A model generated the notes under the pieces. That model saw only the letters and a list, made by a program, of their open reading frames with translations. It was not told the DNA's origin and ran no database searches. A program made the translations under genes and the position numbers. A stretch of DNA of 64,000 nucleotides from the human T2T-CHM13v2.0 reference genome, Homo sapiens. The DNA lies in the NCBI RefSeq assembly GCF_009914755.1, contig NC_060925.1. One strand, written 5' to 3'. This document shows positions 1 to 13,064 of the stretch, piece after piece. The stretch's first letter is position 1, and every line of letters starts with the position of its first letter.

Positions 1-140
1 TCCACTCCACCCCCAGTTGCCCTGACACACACCTTCCTTCTATCTCCTCTCAACTCAGTGGCTTACCCCTTGCACAGGGCTTGGAGTTAATTTGGGATCA
101 CTAGTATCCCTGTCTGTGGTGTGGAGTTCTGGTCCTTATA

Positions 141-730
141 CTTCATTCATCCGTGTTCATTCGTTTTGAATGAATGGAGAATGGAACATTCTATTCCTGA
201 TCCTTCAGACAAAATGTCATTATGGTGATTCATGGACTCAGAATTCCAGAACGAATTCCTTGTGCTGGGCACTGGGAATACAAGATACTCAGTTTCTGAC
301 TTGGTGAACTCTCAGGCTGACTGGAAACAGAGACAACTATAGCCTGGGTTGATAGATGGGATCACATGGGCCTGTGGCACAAGGGGCGACAAGGGAGCCT
401 TTTCAGAGGATGTGGCATCTAAACTTACACCTGAAGGATTATCTGACTGGCCAGACAAAGGAACAGCAAGTGTCCTAGGCAAAGGGGTGGGGTCCCAGAC
501 ACAGAGCACAGCAAGGAAGGCCTGGAGGCAAAAAAGAAGGGCCCATTCCAGGTACTGGAGGACTGCAGTGCAAACTGAGATGGAGGAGGATGAGGGTCCC
601 CTCCTGGTGAGGGTGTCCACTAGGAGATGAGGGTGGACACGTTGGCTGGGATCACACCAAAAAGAGACTTAGGGAATCAGGATAACAAATTTGAACTTTA
701 TTCCGAGGGCAATGGAGAGCCATGTTGGGT
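141..730 (-). mobile_element. L2 LINE 3' fragment, interrupted by a 77-bp insert
   Basis: (TTCA)n-like tail, then gtgctgggcactgggaatac ... ggaacagcaagtg ... gaactttattccgagggcaatggagagcc, typical of antisense L2; boundaries approximate. Confidence 0.65.
175..251 (+). repeat. 77-bp dispersed duplicate, copy 1 (partner 2858-2934)
   Basis: 75/77 identity with 2858-2934 by direct comparison. Confidence 0.95.
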
Positions 731-2857
731 CTTGGTCTATCTAACTATAAAGCAAAAATAACAACCCTTGATTTTATTCTGCTGTGAAGGACAGCATTCT
801 AGTGTATCCTCTGCTGCTAGCTCACTGTGCGACCTTGGACCTGTTCTTCTCTACCCTCATGTCAACCCTCCCCCACTTTCCAGCTCCAGGCCCCTTCAAC
901 TATTGAGTAAGGCATTTGGACCAGATGATTGTTAAGATCTTCTAGCTCTGAGATGCTCTAATTCTAGGATATTCTGTATGATTAATTAATTAATTAAATA
1001 ACATTTACAAATTTTGTGCCAGGCATTTTAGAAGACCATGATCCCAGTCTGCTGGAGAGGCAGATACACAAATCCATACCCATAACACAAAGCAGAATGA
1101 GCTCAGAACTGTCGGAGCACAGTGGAGCAAGTGATTCATTCTCCCTCAGGGATCTGGGGGCGGCTTCAGAGAGGAGGCAGCGGATGATCTGGGCCTTGAA
1201 GGATGCACTGGGGGACAAAGATAGGGCCTGCTTTGTTCAGGGAGAATGAGTCACTTGGGGGCTAGAGACAGGTAGCCAGATACTCATGGGGGGTCCTGAA
1301 TGGCTGAGGGGTGTGCTCTGTCCTCAGTAGGGCACGGGGAAAATGTGGAGGACCTGGGAAAAGGAAGGTGGCTGGAGGAGGAGGGTGAGCTCGCTCACTC
1401 TATCTATGGGAGACTAGAGTGGAGTTTGTTTTATTGATTGAAGTCAAATTCATGTGGTGCATACAGGAAAGGGGTCATTTCAGAGCCCCATCTATAAGTC
1501 AGACTGTGAGGCAGGTACTGAATACTTGATCTTTCCTGTTTTAACCCTGACAACAACGCTCCAAAGCAGGAATGGGAATTCAGCTTTCGACAGGAGGAAA
1601 CAGGCTCGATGGTGAAGTACTGTGTCCCAGGTTACACAGTCAGAAGGTGGCGGAGCTAGAAGTGCACCCCCATCCCCACCGCCCATGGGGTGCCCACCTC
1701 CAGAGCTGTGACCCTTTTACAGGCTGCTCTGGCTGCTTGGTACCCAGCCCTCCCTGGACCCTGAGGCAGATATTTTCCACTGGACCCAGCACCCGTGTCC
1801 AAGGGCTTGGTCCAAGACATTTCCCGCTGGCCTCTGGTGATGCTGGGGTGTGGAGAGGAGTGAGTGCTCGAGGGGAGAGGAAGTGCCTTCCATCTCTCCT
1901 GTCATGGGACACCCTCCAAGAATGGGCACCAGGCTCCCCACTGCCCCGGGTGGGGATAAACTCTTGAACTCTCTGCAGAGATAAAAAGCACTATCTTCTC
2001 CCAGCCCTGAGTGTTAGCAGATGGGGCCGCTAGGGCCAACCTCCAGCTGCCTCCACCCACACTGTGAGGAAAAGCTGTCTGAGGAGGGCAGGAGGGGCTG
2101 GTCCCTCAGACTCTGCCTCCATCCGGAGCTGCGCGAGCACGGCCATTCAGCACAGCCCCTGCCCAGCAGGGAGGACCCAGAGGTGAGCATGCAAGGATCT
2201 GAGATGAGTGTTCACATCCTAGTTCTGCTACTTTTCTGAAATGGGCAGAAGATGGGCAAATTACTTCTGTGAGCCTTAGCTTCTCATCAGTAAAAGGGAG
2301 CTGATAACTCCTTCTAGGTGCTAAGTGATATTATTCTTATAAAAGTGCCTAAATGAGTGTCTGGTGCATAGCACGCCCTTTGCAAGCAGATCATCTTCAC
2401 AGTGTTGGGATGCAGTGAAGTCAGACTGTCCAGGTCCAAGTGCATCTGCACCTCCAGCTGTGTGACTTTGGGGAAGTTCACTTCAACTTGGGGCCTTGGT
2501 CTCCTCTTCTATAAAATGAGCGTTGTTGAGAGGGTGATGATGAGTTCACATAAAGCATCTAGGATAGTGCCTGCCATGATGGCAAACACTATGGAAGAAT
2601 CAATTATTTATTATCAGCATAAGTCTGTGGTCTACCTTCTGACTGCTGAAGCCCCAGTGTCTTTTGCTTTCTTTCTCTTCCCCTGGGCAAACTTTCTCTC
2701 TCACATTCACATCCTCTCTTATGTCTCCGGAGGAAGGATGCTCTGTGGATCCCTTAGCAGCAAATGTGGAGGAATTTGAGGCTGATGGGGACACAGCCTT
2801 TCTGGCCCAGCTTAGTTGAGACCATGAAGGCTGCCTCCTACTCCCTCTGTCCCATGC

Positions 2858-2934
2858 TGGAGAATGGAACATTCTATTCCTGATCCTGCAGACAAAATGT
2901 CGTTATGGTGATTCATGGACTCAGAATTCCAGAA
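2858..2934 (+). repeat. 77-bp dispersed duplicate, copy 2 (probable donor)
   Basis: tggagaatggaacattc...tcagaattccagaa, 2 mismatches versus 175-251. Confidence 0.95.
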
Positions 2935-4190
2935 AGTCCAGGCTGAAAGGGGCCTCAGAGGGCATCCTCCCTACTCCATGGCCTTGCCCTTGTCTCTCCA
3001 CCTCCCCGATAGAAGGCACTAGATCTCAGTATAAGCCCCAGGGCAGCAAGACTGATCTAGCTTCCCCATTATTCCGCTTGGGAATAATGCCCAAGGACCA
3101 CTAGGCCTGAGTCTCACAGCTCCAGGCCTGGAAAGGAGCCTACTTGTCCCGTCACAGATCACAACTGGGCGGGCCAGCTCTGAGCCTTTGCTATTTGAAG
3201 GGATGTTTTGATAACCTCTTACCGCTCCTCCCCAACCCTGCAAAGCCCCACCTGATCACCCCACACTCTGGGCCTCCTCTTATCTCCTTACTCTAAGCTC
3301 CCCATCCATTACTGTCGGCTGGCAACACAAGTTTTATCTGAGCCTCTGTGGAATGGAATTGATTTCTGTGAATAATTGGAATAGCTGGCTAGTGACCCAG
3401 TATTGCTGCCACCAGGGTAGTTGGAGCTTCAAAGCTCTCATCCACCTCTTCCTCTCTCTCTCCATTCCCGTGGCTGTTGTCTGGTCCAAACCATCCTGAC
3501 CTTCTGCTTGGATCATGATTACAGCTTCCTAACTGCGCTGCCTCTTTCTGATTACCCTGCACCCCATCATCCACTCCAATCTGTCCTCTACATAGCGGCT
3601 AAATAGATCTTTAAAAGCTCAAACCTTCCTAGACAGTAACGCCTTTCTACCTTGGCCTGCCATTTAGGGGTCTTTCTGATGGAATTCCAGCTTAACTTTC
3701 CAGCCTTACAGGTAAAAATTCACCTTCGTGTTCCCTAAGCATCAGTCAAAGGAGGCCTTTGCCCAATCCACTCCCTCAGGTGTATTCATTCATTCTGCCA
3801 ACCACTGTTGAGCACCTACCTTGTCCAGTGCCTCCATGGGGCACTAAGAATACAGACAGGGATTAGGTGTAGACCTTGTCCTTAGGCAACATGTGGATTT
3901 GTGGGAGATGCAGATTCAATTGCAGTGGTGTGAAAAGGGCTTTTAGAGAAGTCTAGGGTTAGAGGGATTGGGGAAGGGGCTGTGAGAGCCCTAACCCAGC
4001 CTGGGTTTGGTGGGGAAGGTTTTCTGGAGGAGAGAGCATACAGTGAGGCCTCAAAGGATGAGAAAACTGGCCAGACAGGCAAAGGAACCTTATCTATTAA
4101 ACAGTACTGATCTCTTTAACCAGACCAATTCAAATGTTGCTTCTTCCAAGGATTCTTCCCAAATTGGCAAGACCTACATAGCCCTCCCTC

Positions 4191-4351
4191 CAGGCCTGGC
4201 TTCATGGGCATGCAGCTTGTGTCCTCACATAGGACCCTGCACTTGGTTTAATCCTCTGCTGTTGTTGTCTTGAAATTAGTAGTAATTTTTGAACAAGGGC
4301 CCCACATTTTCCTTTTTTCACTAGGCCCCTCCAATTTTGCAGCTGGCCCTG
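4191..4351 (+). mobile_element. MER91A-like hAT MITE
   Basis: Termini caggcctggct...agctggccctg, internal cttggtttaatcctctgctgttgttgtcttgaaatt, 8-bp TSD cctccctc/cctccctt. Confidence 0.85.
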
Positions 4352-5258
4352 CCTCCCTTAGGTCTTGTCACTTTTGACCTTGTATTACATTTGTCCACTC
4401 AAATGCCGTATCTTTTGCCTGGTGAACACCTGCAATTCCAGGTGGGTCTGACTCATCTCTGTCCTCAGGGTCCAGCACAGAGGCAGGCACCCAAGAGACA
4501 TCTGTAATGATGTTGGTGAGTGAAATAAGACCCTGCTGAAACCCAGCCATTTAATCAAAGCTAGGGTAGCATCCCGTGGGAAGGGGTGTGGCCCAGCTTG
4601 CACATGCTCCAGGAATTCAGGGGGGAAGAGATGGCTTCAGCTGGAGACAGCAGGAAGTGGTCCCCAAAGGACCCTCCACTGCTCTCCTCTTGTCAAAAGG
4701 CCCTGTAAACAGCGCAAAGTCCTTTCCGATGTGTAGTTTCACTTCTTCTAGCTGTGCAGGTCCCCTTCCCATCTCATTAAGCCCCTCCCCAGGCCTCTGG
4801 GTGTAGTGGCAAGAAGCTGGGAGGTAGGATGACAGCATCTTAATTTCCCTGCTAATTACAAGTGCTGGGAAGAGGGGTGCTAAATGCCAGGTAATTACCC
4901 AGGAGGAGACACGCGCCAGACTCCTGGCTGCTCCCAGCCCCAGGAATTTTGCTTTAATGGTTTTCTTTTCTTCTTCCTTTATTAAAAAAAGAGATAAAAA
5001 GAGTTAAGACCCTGGCCTTCTCTCTCCTTAGGCTTAGGAGGTAAAAAAAAAAAGGAATCTTTCTCCTAAACTTTTTCCTACCCTCTCCTTATCAAGGACC
5101 TAGATTTAGATGCTAAGCACTGGGTTTGCAAAGAGAGTCTGAAGAGCAGCAACCTCATTTATGCTTGAGTTAGGCTGAGGGTGTGGAATGGGATTGGAGC
5201 TGGTGGGAAGGGGAGCCCCAGCCCTCTGCGCTGCTCTGCTCACTACCCCAGACATACA

Positions 5259-5260
<2 letters not shown>

Positions 5261-5289
<29 letters not shown>
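5261..5289. repeat. (CA)14 microsatellite
   Basis: Pure CA run. Confidence 0.97.
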
Positions 5290-5291
<2 letters not shown>

Positions 5292-5842
5292 CTCCACTTT
5301 TGAGAATGGGAAACTGAGCTGCTTGTATTGTTTAGGATTGCAGGGTATGAGGAGTCAGGGAGGGGTCCCCTCTGTCGGCTCTCACTCCCAAGGGCAGGGG
5401 GCAGAGGAGGGGGCAATGTCACCCAGTTGCTTGGCCTCAGTCCCACACCCTGATGCCTGCCAGCTTCAGGCACAGCTTGAAAGGCTCCCAACAGGAAGCT
5501 ATTAAGTTGATGAGCATTCTTGTGGTCCTGGATTGATACAGCGACGCTCTGTTTTGTAAAGCTGTTGTAATTTCCATAATAACATTTTCCTCTTCTTAAA
5601 TAAACTTGGACTCTAGCCCGAAGAATGTGGCTGGCTTTGCCTGGGGAATTCAGGACCTGAGACTATGGAAGGAACACCCCGTTAAGGTGGGAAGGGGAAG
5701 GGAGAGTCACAGCTCCTCCAGCCCAAGGGCTGGGACTGCAACAGGCCAGTGGAGTCCAGGTCTGGCAACAATCTCAGAGGGCTCCATAACTTTGCTCTGG
5801 GCCTGGCCAGGGCTCCTGGATATATTCCTTTTATAGCACAAG

Positions 5843-6062
5843 GAGGCAGCCTAGTACAGTGGTTAAGATTATAGACTCCAAGTTTTGGTTATAGGACCAC
5901 TATGTACTACTTGTGTGATCTTAGGTAAGTTACTTAATTTCTCTGTGCCTCAGTTTCCTCACCTGAAAAGTGTGGATAATAATAGTATGTAACATACGCT
6001 GTGAAGATTAAATGAGGTAATATATGTACAGTAGCTCATGCAGGCATGTGCTTAACACATCT
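5843..6062 (+). mobile_element. MIR SINE, near full length
   Basis: cagtggttaag...gtgatcttaggtaagttacttaatttctctgtgcctcagtttcctc...gaagattaaatgag core. Confidence 0.9.
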
Positions 6063-9000
6063 TTAAAATAAATGTTCAGAGATGACCATGTCTCAGATAA
6101 TTTTACAGTTCTAAGTATCCCAGGTTCCAGAGTCAGGGAAAAATAAAGTCTTAGCATTTTTGACTCACCAAACTATGAAAGTCTTAAGATTATTTGAATC
6201 ACTGAACTACGACAGTCTTAAGATTATGTAGTAATGGAATCAAATAATAACTTTCAATGTGGACTCTTAGGCTATGAAAGAGAATGATATTCACATCTTG
6301 AGGCCTTAAAGGTCAGACTAGCTAGCTGTCCAGGATCTGCTCTAAAATCTCCATGACTGACAGCCCATTACCTCCTAAGGCTGCCCCTGGGAAGTTATTG
6401 AATATGGAACCCAGTTTTGCCTCCTTTTGTCAGCCCCTGTTGGTCCTAGTTCTCTCTGGCCACCAGAACTCATCTGCTTCCTCCTCCCACGAGAAACTGG
6501 GGAGAGATGGAGACAGCACCCAAAGCCTGCTCTTCTTTAAGCTGTTTCCTCTCAACTGGGCTTTCCATCGTGCCATTGCTGGGCTACCTTGGCTTGGCCA
6601 AGCCCCATCTCCTATTGTCGCAGTGTGAATACCAGGTAAATATGCCTGTGGCAGGGCTTAGAGGGATTTCTGTCACCCTCCATATCTCTTAACCTGGTCC
6701 AGGACCAGGCTCTTCCTGGCAAGTTAGCTTCCCTGGAGCTCAACTCCTGGAGCCCATTTCAGCAAATAGTTCCAGGAGTGAGCATGCGTGTATATGCATG
6801 TGTATGTGTGTGAGCCTATGTACGTGTGCCTCTGAGTAGAAGATTGGAAAGGGATTTTTGAGGCTGAATCTCAGAATTTAAGACTATCAAGACTAGAGAG
6901 AAAAGGAAGGAAGTACAATGGCTGAAGTTCTCCCAGTGGAGACTGGCCCAGTCCTCATCATGAGGGCACCTGCTGAAGTGGTCAGATGGGCAGTAGGCTA
7001 GCAAGGCCTTTGTCTTATGTAGCCTCCAACGGGTCTGCAGAACGTCTACAATATCCCATTTTATTGTTTCATAATTTCCCCATATTATTTCCTTTCAGAA
7101 GAAGCAAACAGCCTGCAGATGGGACACCTATTCACCCCTGATGCAAGTGTGACTGTGAGTTGAAGGCATTTCTCCCAAATGTAGCTTGCTGGGCACCTGG
7201 TGAGCATTGGGAAGATATGAAAGGCTGTATGGGTGTGTCCTGCACAAAGGTGTCTGGTGAGGGGCAAGTTAGGGCTGAGATCCAGCCAGAGCTCTGCTCA
7301 TAAGACACACTCCCCTGGCCTGGGGCAATGTCCAACCAGAGGAAGGGGCACTTTTTTCTAATGCAAACACTGGTGTCCCAAGGTCTAGCAGCACACAAAA
7401 GGAGGTGGGTGGAGTGGGTGATAAAATAAGGGAAAATGCAAGCCCAGGAATATAGGAGCTGGGAAGGGTGAAATTTATCTGGCCTTTTCCTGAAGGCTTG
7501 CATGCTTCAGGCCTCCCCAGGAAGACAGAGCACAGGACTGACCCAGACCCAGTGCCTTCGTGTAAGAGCTCTAGTCCAACACAGGAAACAGACACCCAAC
7601 CAACCATGAGGAAAAGCTGTGGGAGCTGGGGGTCGAGGGGTGGTCTCCAGATGCTCCCCAGCTCCAGGCTGTGAAGGATCAACAGGAGGACATCGGGTAG
7701 GAGGGCTGGGGTGGGAGGCCTAGGCAGCATGGTGACACTGGAGGGTAGGGAGTGATTCTCAGCTCCCATGCAGGGCTCAGGGTGAGGAAGACCTTTAGCA
7801 CCCACTTGATGCACGAGTAAGTGACTGAATGCGGGTACATGGGTGCCCGTGGGGGAACTGGAGAAAGGTGAAACTGGGGAGGTGGGCAAGGCCTGGATCT
7901 GCAGGGTCCCCTGGGCTGTATGTGAAGACGCTCAAATGTTTCTCTTATTGGTGACAGGGAGCTATTGAATGACTGATGAGATCCGTTGTAACCATCATTC
8001 TGGCAAAGGTGTGGAGATGGCTCAGAGGATTGAGCTGGGAGCAGGGTGGCCTCAGCCACATGTGCTACCATGGCTCTGAGCAGGGTGAGTAGGCCTGGGC
8101 AGAGTTTGGTGCAGAGCCCTCAGAAGGCTGAAGAAGGCAGGGCTGCATGGATGCAGAGGCACTGTGCGTGTTCCCCAAGCCTGGCTCTCACGGGTGTGGG
8201 GCTCCTTCTCCACCAGCAGCAGTATTTCCTGCCTGGACCCTGAGCCTGCCAGTCAGAAGCAGCATCTGGTATCTCTCCCAGGCTGGACATGAGCTTGGAA
8301 TCCAGGGACCACCTGAGTCAAACCAGCAGCTCTGACCCCAATTTCAGGCAGGGGGTGATGTCACACCTCTTGGATTCTGTGGAGGAGGAGCTGGAGGCGA
8401 TGGGGGCCACATAGAACAGAGAGCAGACAGTAGGGCAAGGCAGTGGGGGGCACTGGGGTCTGAAGAATAAGAAAGCCTGGGGCAAGAGGATGCTGTTTGA
8501 GCCCAGCTCTGCAAGGCGACTGTGTCCAGGTCACCACTCCCAATCCTGCCCATTGGGAGAACTCATAGAAGGAACATCAACCCAAGGAAGGGGTACAAGC
8601 ACCTCCGCAGCCCCTTCGTTTTTCTGATGGGGATTCTGATGTCGAGGGTTTTCTAGCCTGCTTTGAAGAGGCATGTTTAGAAAAGGAGAGACTCCGACAC
8701 CCGTAGAGGGCCGTGGGGTGGGGGTGTACTGTAATTGACTAGGGGGTACGCAGTGCGCACAGGAGGCTGGGGCTAAAGCCGAATGACTGTTCTTTCCTCC
8801 GTATTTCCTGTGGCCTGGCATTCAGGACCCTTTCTGTTGAGTCCTCTCCTGTTTCTGTGTCCGCTTCTCTACCTTAAGCTCCTCCTCCCCACACCCCCTG
8901 GATCCCAGCTCCTCCCTCTTCTCCAAACAACTCCCTCCCTCTTCTGCCTCCACCTGCTGCACATCCTGTGTCCCCGAGGCACCCTTTCCCACCTGCTCTC

Positions 9001-9146
9001 AGCTCAGGTGCCTCTGTCCTGGCTGGCCTCCCTTGCCCTGTTGCTGCCCTCTCTTCCTGCTTCAACTTCCAGCCTGAACCAGGTCTCACCCTTTTCTTGT
9101 AGAAAACCTTGTTTCACCTTGAATTGTCATTACTTGTGTCCGTGTG

Positions 9147-9525
9147 ATTGGAGTCAGATGGGCTGGTTTGAAGCCCTGCTCTGAAGAGTGGTGGAAATTT
9201 GGGTGTGGTGCTTAACTTCCTCATGACTCCATTTTCTCATTTCTAAAACCAGATTCTTGAATATGGGCCTTGTAGACAGGGTGTCCATCTGTCCTGGCTT
9301 GCCTGAGACGTCCCAGTTTCTGCCTGTTGTCTCTGTGTAATTATTAATAGAGTGCCCTTTTACTCACAGAAGTGTCTTAGTTTGTATGATAAATTATACG
9401 TTCACTCTACTCATAAAGCTCTTACGAAGATCAAATTAGATGATACCATGAGATAATCCACGTAAAGTTTCTCAGCAGAGTGCCTGGCATAGAGTAAGTG
9501 CTCATTAAATCTTTGCTTTTGTTAT
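9147..9525 (+). mobile_element. MIR interrupted by MER94
   Basis: tggagtcaga...cttaacttcc...ttctcatttctaaa, resuming as gaagatcaaattagat...gtgcctggcatagagtaagtgctca. Confidence 0.7.
9277..9409 (+). mobile_element. MER94 hAT-Blackjack MITE
   Basis: agggtgtccat...gtaattattaatag...gataaattatacgttcactct matches the MER94 consensus as I recall it, with terminal inverted repeats. Confidence 0.85.
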
Positions 9526-10073
9526 TTCTCTCTCCAGCAGACTGAGCTTGTTGAGGGAGGGACTGTGTCTGATTCAGTTACAATTACCAGATGAGAATGG
9601 CCAATTATGAGAGAATTCAGAGTACAATCAAGTCCAATAAATGCCATAGTGATGCTGAGGACAACTTTGTCTCTCTTTCATGACTGAAAAGCATTACTGC
9701 AACTTTATTACCCACCTCCTCTTTGCACTGTGCTGTGGCCCAGGAGCACTGAGCAAGGGAGCCACATATCTTATGTACCTGCTGCGTACAAAGCGTTCTT
9801 CTTTCCGTCATTGAGTCCTCACATTCAGCCAGAGAGGCAGGTCTAGTGCTAAGGGACTATGGCCATTAAAGAGCAGTTCTGTTTTAGGATTATAAGAGAT
9901 AGGACTGGGAGTGGTGAGAGGTGAACCTGGGGCGTTTGCAGGGAGCACATGGCTCAGGGCGTGTGAACCACAGGAAAGGAGCATGTCCTGTTCTTCGAGG
10001 GCAAAACCCATGGAAGGGTCTTAATCCAGGAGTGACATGGCATAGTCAGATCTGTATTTCAGAAAGATCTTTG

Positions 10074-10369
10074 GGCCAAGTGTAGGGGCTCACACCTGTA
10101 ATTCCATAATTTTGAGAGATCGAGGCCAGGAGGATTGCTTGAGCCCAGTAGTTTTGAGACCAGCCTGGGTAACACCGTGAGACTCTGTCTCTACAAAAAA
10201 TTTAAAAATCAGCCAGGTGTGATGGCTTGTGCCTGTAGTCTCAGCTACTCAGAAGGCGGGGGTGGGAGGATCACTTGAGCCCAGGAATTTGAGGTTTCAG
10301 TGAGCTATGCTTGTGCCACCACACCCCAGCCTGGGCAATACAGTGAGACCCCATCTCTAAAATAAATAA
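10074..10369 (+). mobile_element. AluJ inserted in an antisense L2
   Basis: Dimeric Alu with ggaggattgcttgagccc J-type positions; TSD agaaagatct at 10061-10070 and 10370-10379. Confidence 0.93.
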
Positions 10370-10559
10370 AGAAAGATCTGGTGTGGGATGAACTGGAGGG
10401 GTGTGAGGCCAGATGGGAGATGACCATCATAGTAATCTAAATGGGAGATAATAGGGGCAAATGAGCCAGAGAATTGTCTAAGATATTGGCTCTCATAGAG
10501 CTTAGCACCATGCCTGGCACACATGTGGTTATATTAATTAATAATATTCATTATGAAAA

Positions 10560-10815
10560 CAATAGTAAGAAGAATACTTATGCCTATTTATTGAGTCTTA
10601 TGATGTGTGATATAAAGTACTTTATCCACACTGTTTTGTTTAATCCTTGTAAACTATCCTATCAGGTAGATGCTTTACTATCCCTATTTTACAAATGAGG
10701 AAACTGAGGCCCAGAGAAGTTAGGTGCTATGCCAAAGGTCACACACAACTGGAGAGAAAGAAAACTTCAAGGCACAACTGTCCAACTCAGAGCTTATGCT
10801 CTAATTAAGCCACCA
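10560..10815 (-). mobile_element. MIR
   Basis: tccctattttacaaatgaggaaactgaggcccagagaagtt core, antisense. Confidence 0.85.
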
Positions 10816-13064
10816 CACCAGCGGCCTTGGAGGTATTTCTTGGGCAGTCCTGGGCACTGAGGAGAGACCCAGCAGGAGAAGCCTGTGTCAGGCTGGCCTT
10901 GGAGGAGAGAAGGAAGGGGTAAGTTTATTGTGTAATGGGGTGTCTGAGTGAGAAGAGCTCCTGTGGAATTTCCAGGGCAGTTTCTGTCCCTGGAAGTTTC
11001 CTCCCACTGATACAAGCCAAGGTAGACCTAGGGGAGGGAGAAACAGGCAGGAGAGGGATCCGGCAACCTCCCCCCACCCCAACAGGTTTTGGTTCCCTGG
11101 TGCTTCTAGGATCATCTGTCTTCTGGTACCAGCTCCTTGCAGAGGAGCCATCTTGTTTCCTCCAGAGACCACCATCTCTCTCCTAATTGGTGGAAAATTG
11201 GTTGCTAACTGTCAGGAAATTGCCGATTTTCCATCCATTACTGGGAGGACCAGGGCTGTGTAGCTGTGGGGGACTCTGGGTGGGAAGCAGACGTTGATTA
11301 GGCCTTGTAGTTAACGATTAGGTTTGTGGACCTCCTCAGGCAGTCCTCCCAGGCTGCTTATTAACTCCCTGTGAAGACCCATTGGGCAGGAGATATTGGT
11401 TAAATGGAACGCAGAGCCACAAAAGAGTTACTATTCATTAGGCCTTGGTTGTGGGGAGGGGGGAGACCGGGGAACAAACTGTGGCCTCAATCCAGGAATG
11501 TTAAACAGCCCCATAAGCTGGCAGAGAACTTTATAATTGCTGCTATTAAAATATATGTATTTATATAGGTGATTTGTTGGAGGAAAGAATTTCAGCATTC
11601 GGGTGAGATCCCTGCTATGATTTTACCGAGGATTAAGTTGTTAGGGACTAGATATTAATTAACGCTGAGGGCCCCAATCCTTTCCTAATTAGCTCATGGA
11701 GTATAATTTGCCTGCAAATGCTACTGTTACAATCACCTTGAATTTGTCTGGAGCTCTCCTCCAGTGCGTCAGGTGGGATTTACCCCATTACATGAGCAGA
11801 AGGGAGGGGAGGGGCCAGGAGGCCTGGGCTCCACTCCCAGCCCCTGCTCCTGATTCATGAGGAAAGGGTCTTTTTCTGGCTTGTCGCCTACAATGAAGAA
11901 GTACTTAAGGGAAGGGATGCGATATGTCTGAGTAGCCCTTCTCAGCTGGGACACTGAGACCCATGCTGTTGGTGAACAGTCAACGCAGGACTGAGGATGA
12001 AAATACCTTAATGCCCATGCTCTTCTGGGTTCTCCACAACCTGAGAGATCTAAAGGACTTGCCTAGGGGAAGTCAGAGAGTTCTTCTATGGGGCTTTAAC
12101 TTCAATTGTCCACAGGGCTCCTTTCTGAACAGCAGGAAATGAGGGCTTTTGTCAGTTTCTGTGACAGGTAGAACCGTGCACCCAGCAGTTCTCACCTGCT
12201 AGTAAACCCCAGGTGGGCCCCTCTGTCCTCTGACCAGTCCATCCCTATTCCCTGAAAACCATGTGGCCATCAATACTGGTTCATGCTCTACCTGCTCTAG
12301 AAATTCTTCTCTTCTGCTCACCACCTTCTCTGCCTAGCAAACTCCTACCCATCCTTTAGCACCTGATTCAAATGTCCCTTCTTTATTAATCCTTTCCAGA
12401 TTGTCCCAGGCAGGGCTAATTAGGCCCTTCCCTAACTCTGCTTTTCATGAATCCTCTGTTCAAGCCTTTAGCTAACCTTGCTCTGCAAGATGGCTGTTAA
12501 TGCCTTGGTCTCGCCTATCAGACAATGAACTTCTTAAAGGCAGGGGCCTGACAGTGTCTAATCAACTTGAAATCTGCACAGCCCAGAGCAGAGTAGGTGT
12601 CGAAGTTGGTTGAGCTTAGTTTATGTTTGGCTTGTACAGTGTCTTCAGGAAAGGGCTCCTGGTCCTTTGTCCCTGGTATGAAGAGGAAAACAGACTTTGA
12701 GAATAGGTGGGGCCCTGGTCCTTGGTGTTCTCTGGGGCTGTGAGGTCTGGATGCTCTTCTCAGCCCTGGCATAGGTGGTTAAGAGGGAGTCTTATATCCC
12801 CACCTTACCCTGGGCTTCTGGGCCCGGGGAAGGGGCAGGTTGAGAAGTCAAAGCCTGTATCTTTCTCTCTTTCTTTCTGAGATCCCTAACACAGACCTGG
12901 GCATACAAATGGGGTTTGGCAGGAGGAAATGAGGCTGCATTGCACTGTATCAATTGGCCATGATGCAACCCACAAAAAAGACTGAGAACAGTTGTTCAAA
13001 CACAGGCCTATAGGCCAGTGATCTTGCCTGTAGCAACCTGGGCTAGAGACTGGGGATCAAAAGC

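Noticed and set aside
7269-7889. 206-aa minus-strand ORF
   Set aside because: Non-ATG start, low-complexity Pro/Ser/Leu composition, no recognisable domain
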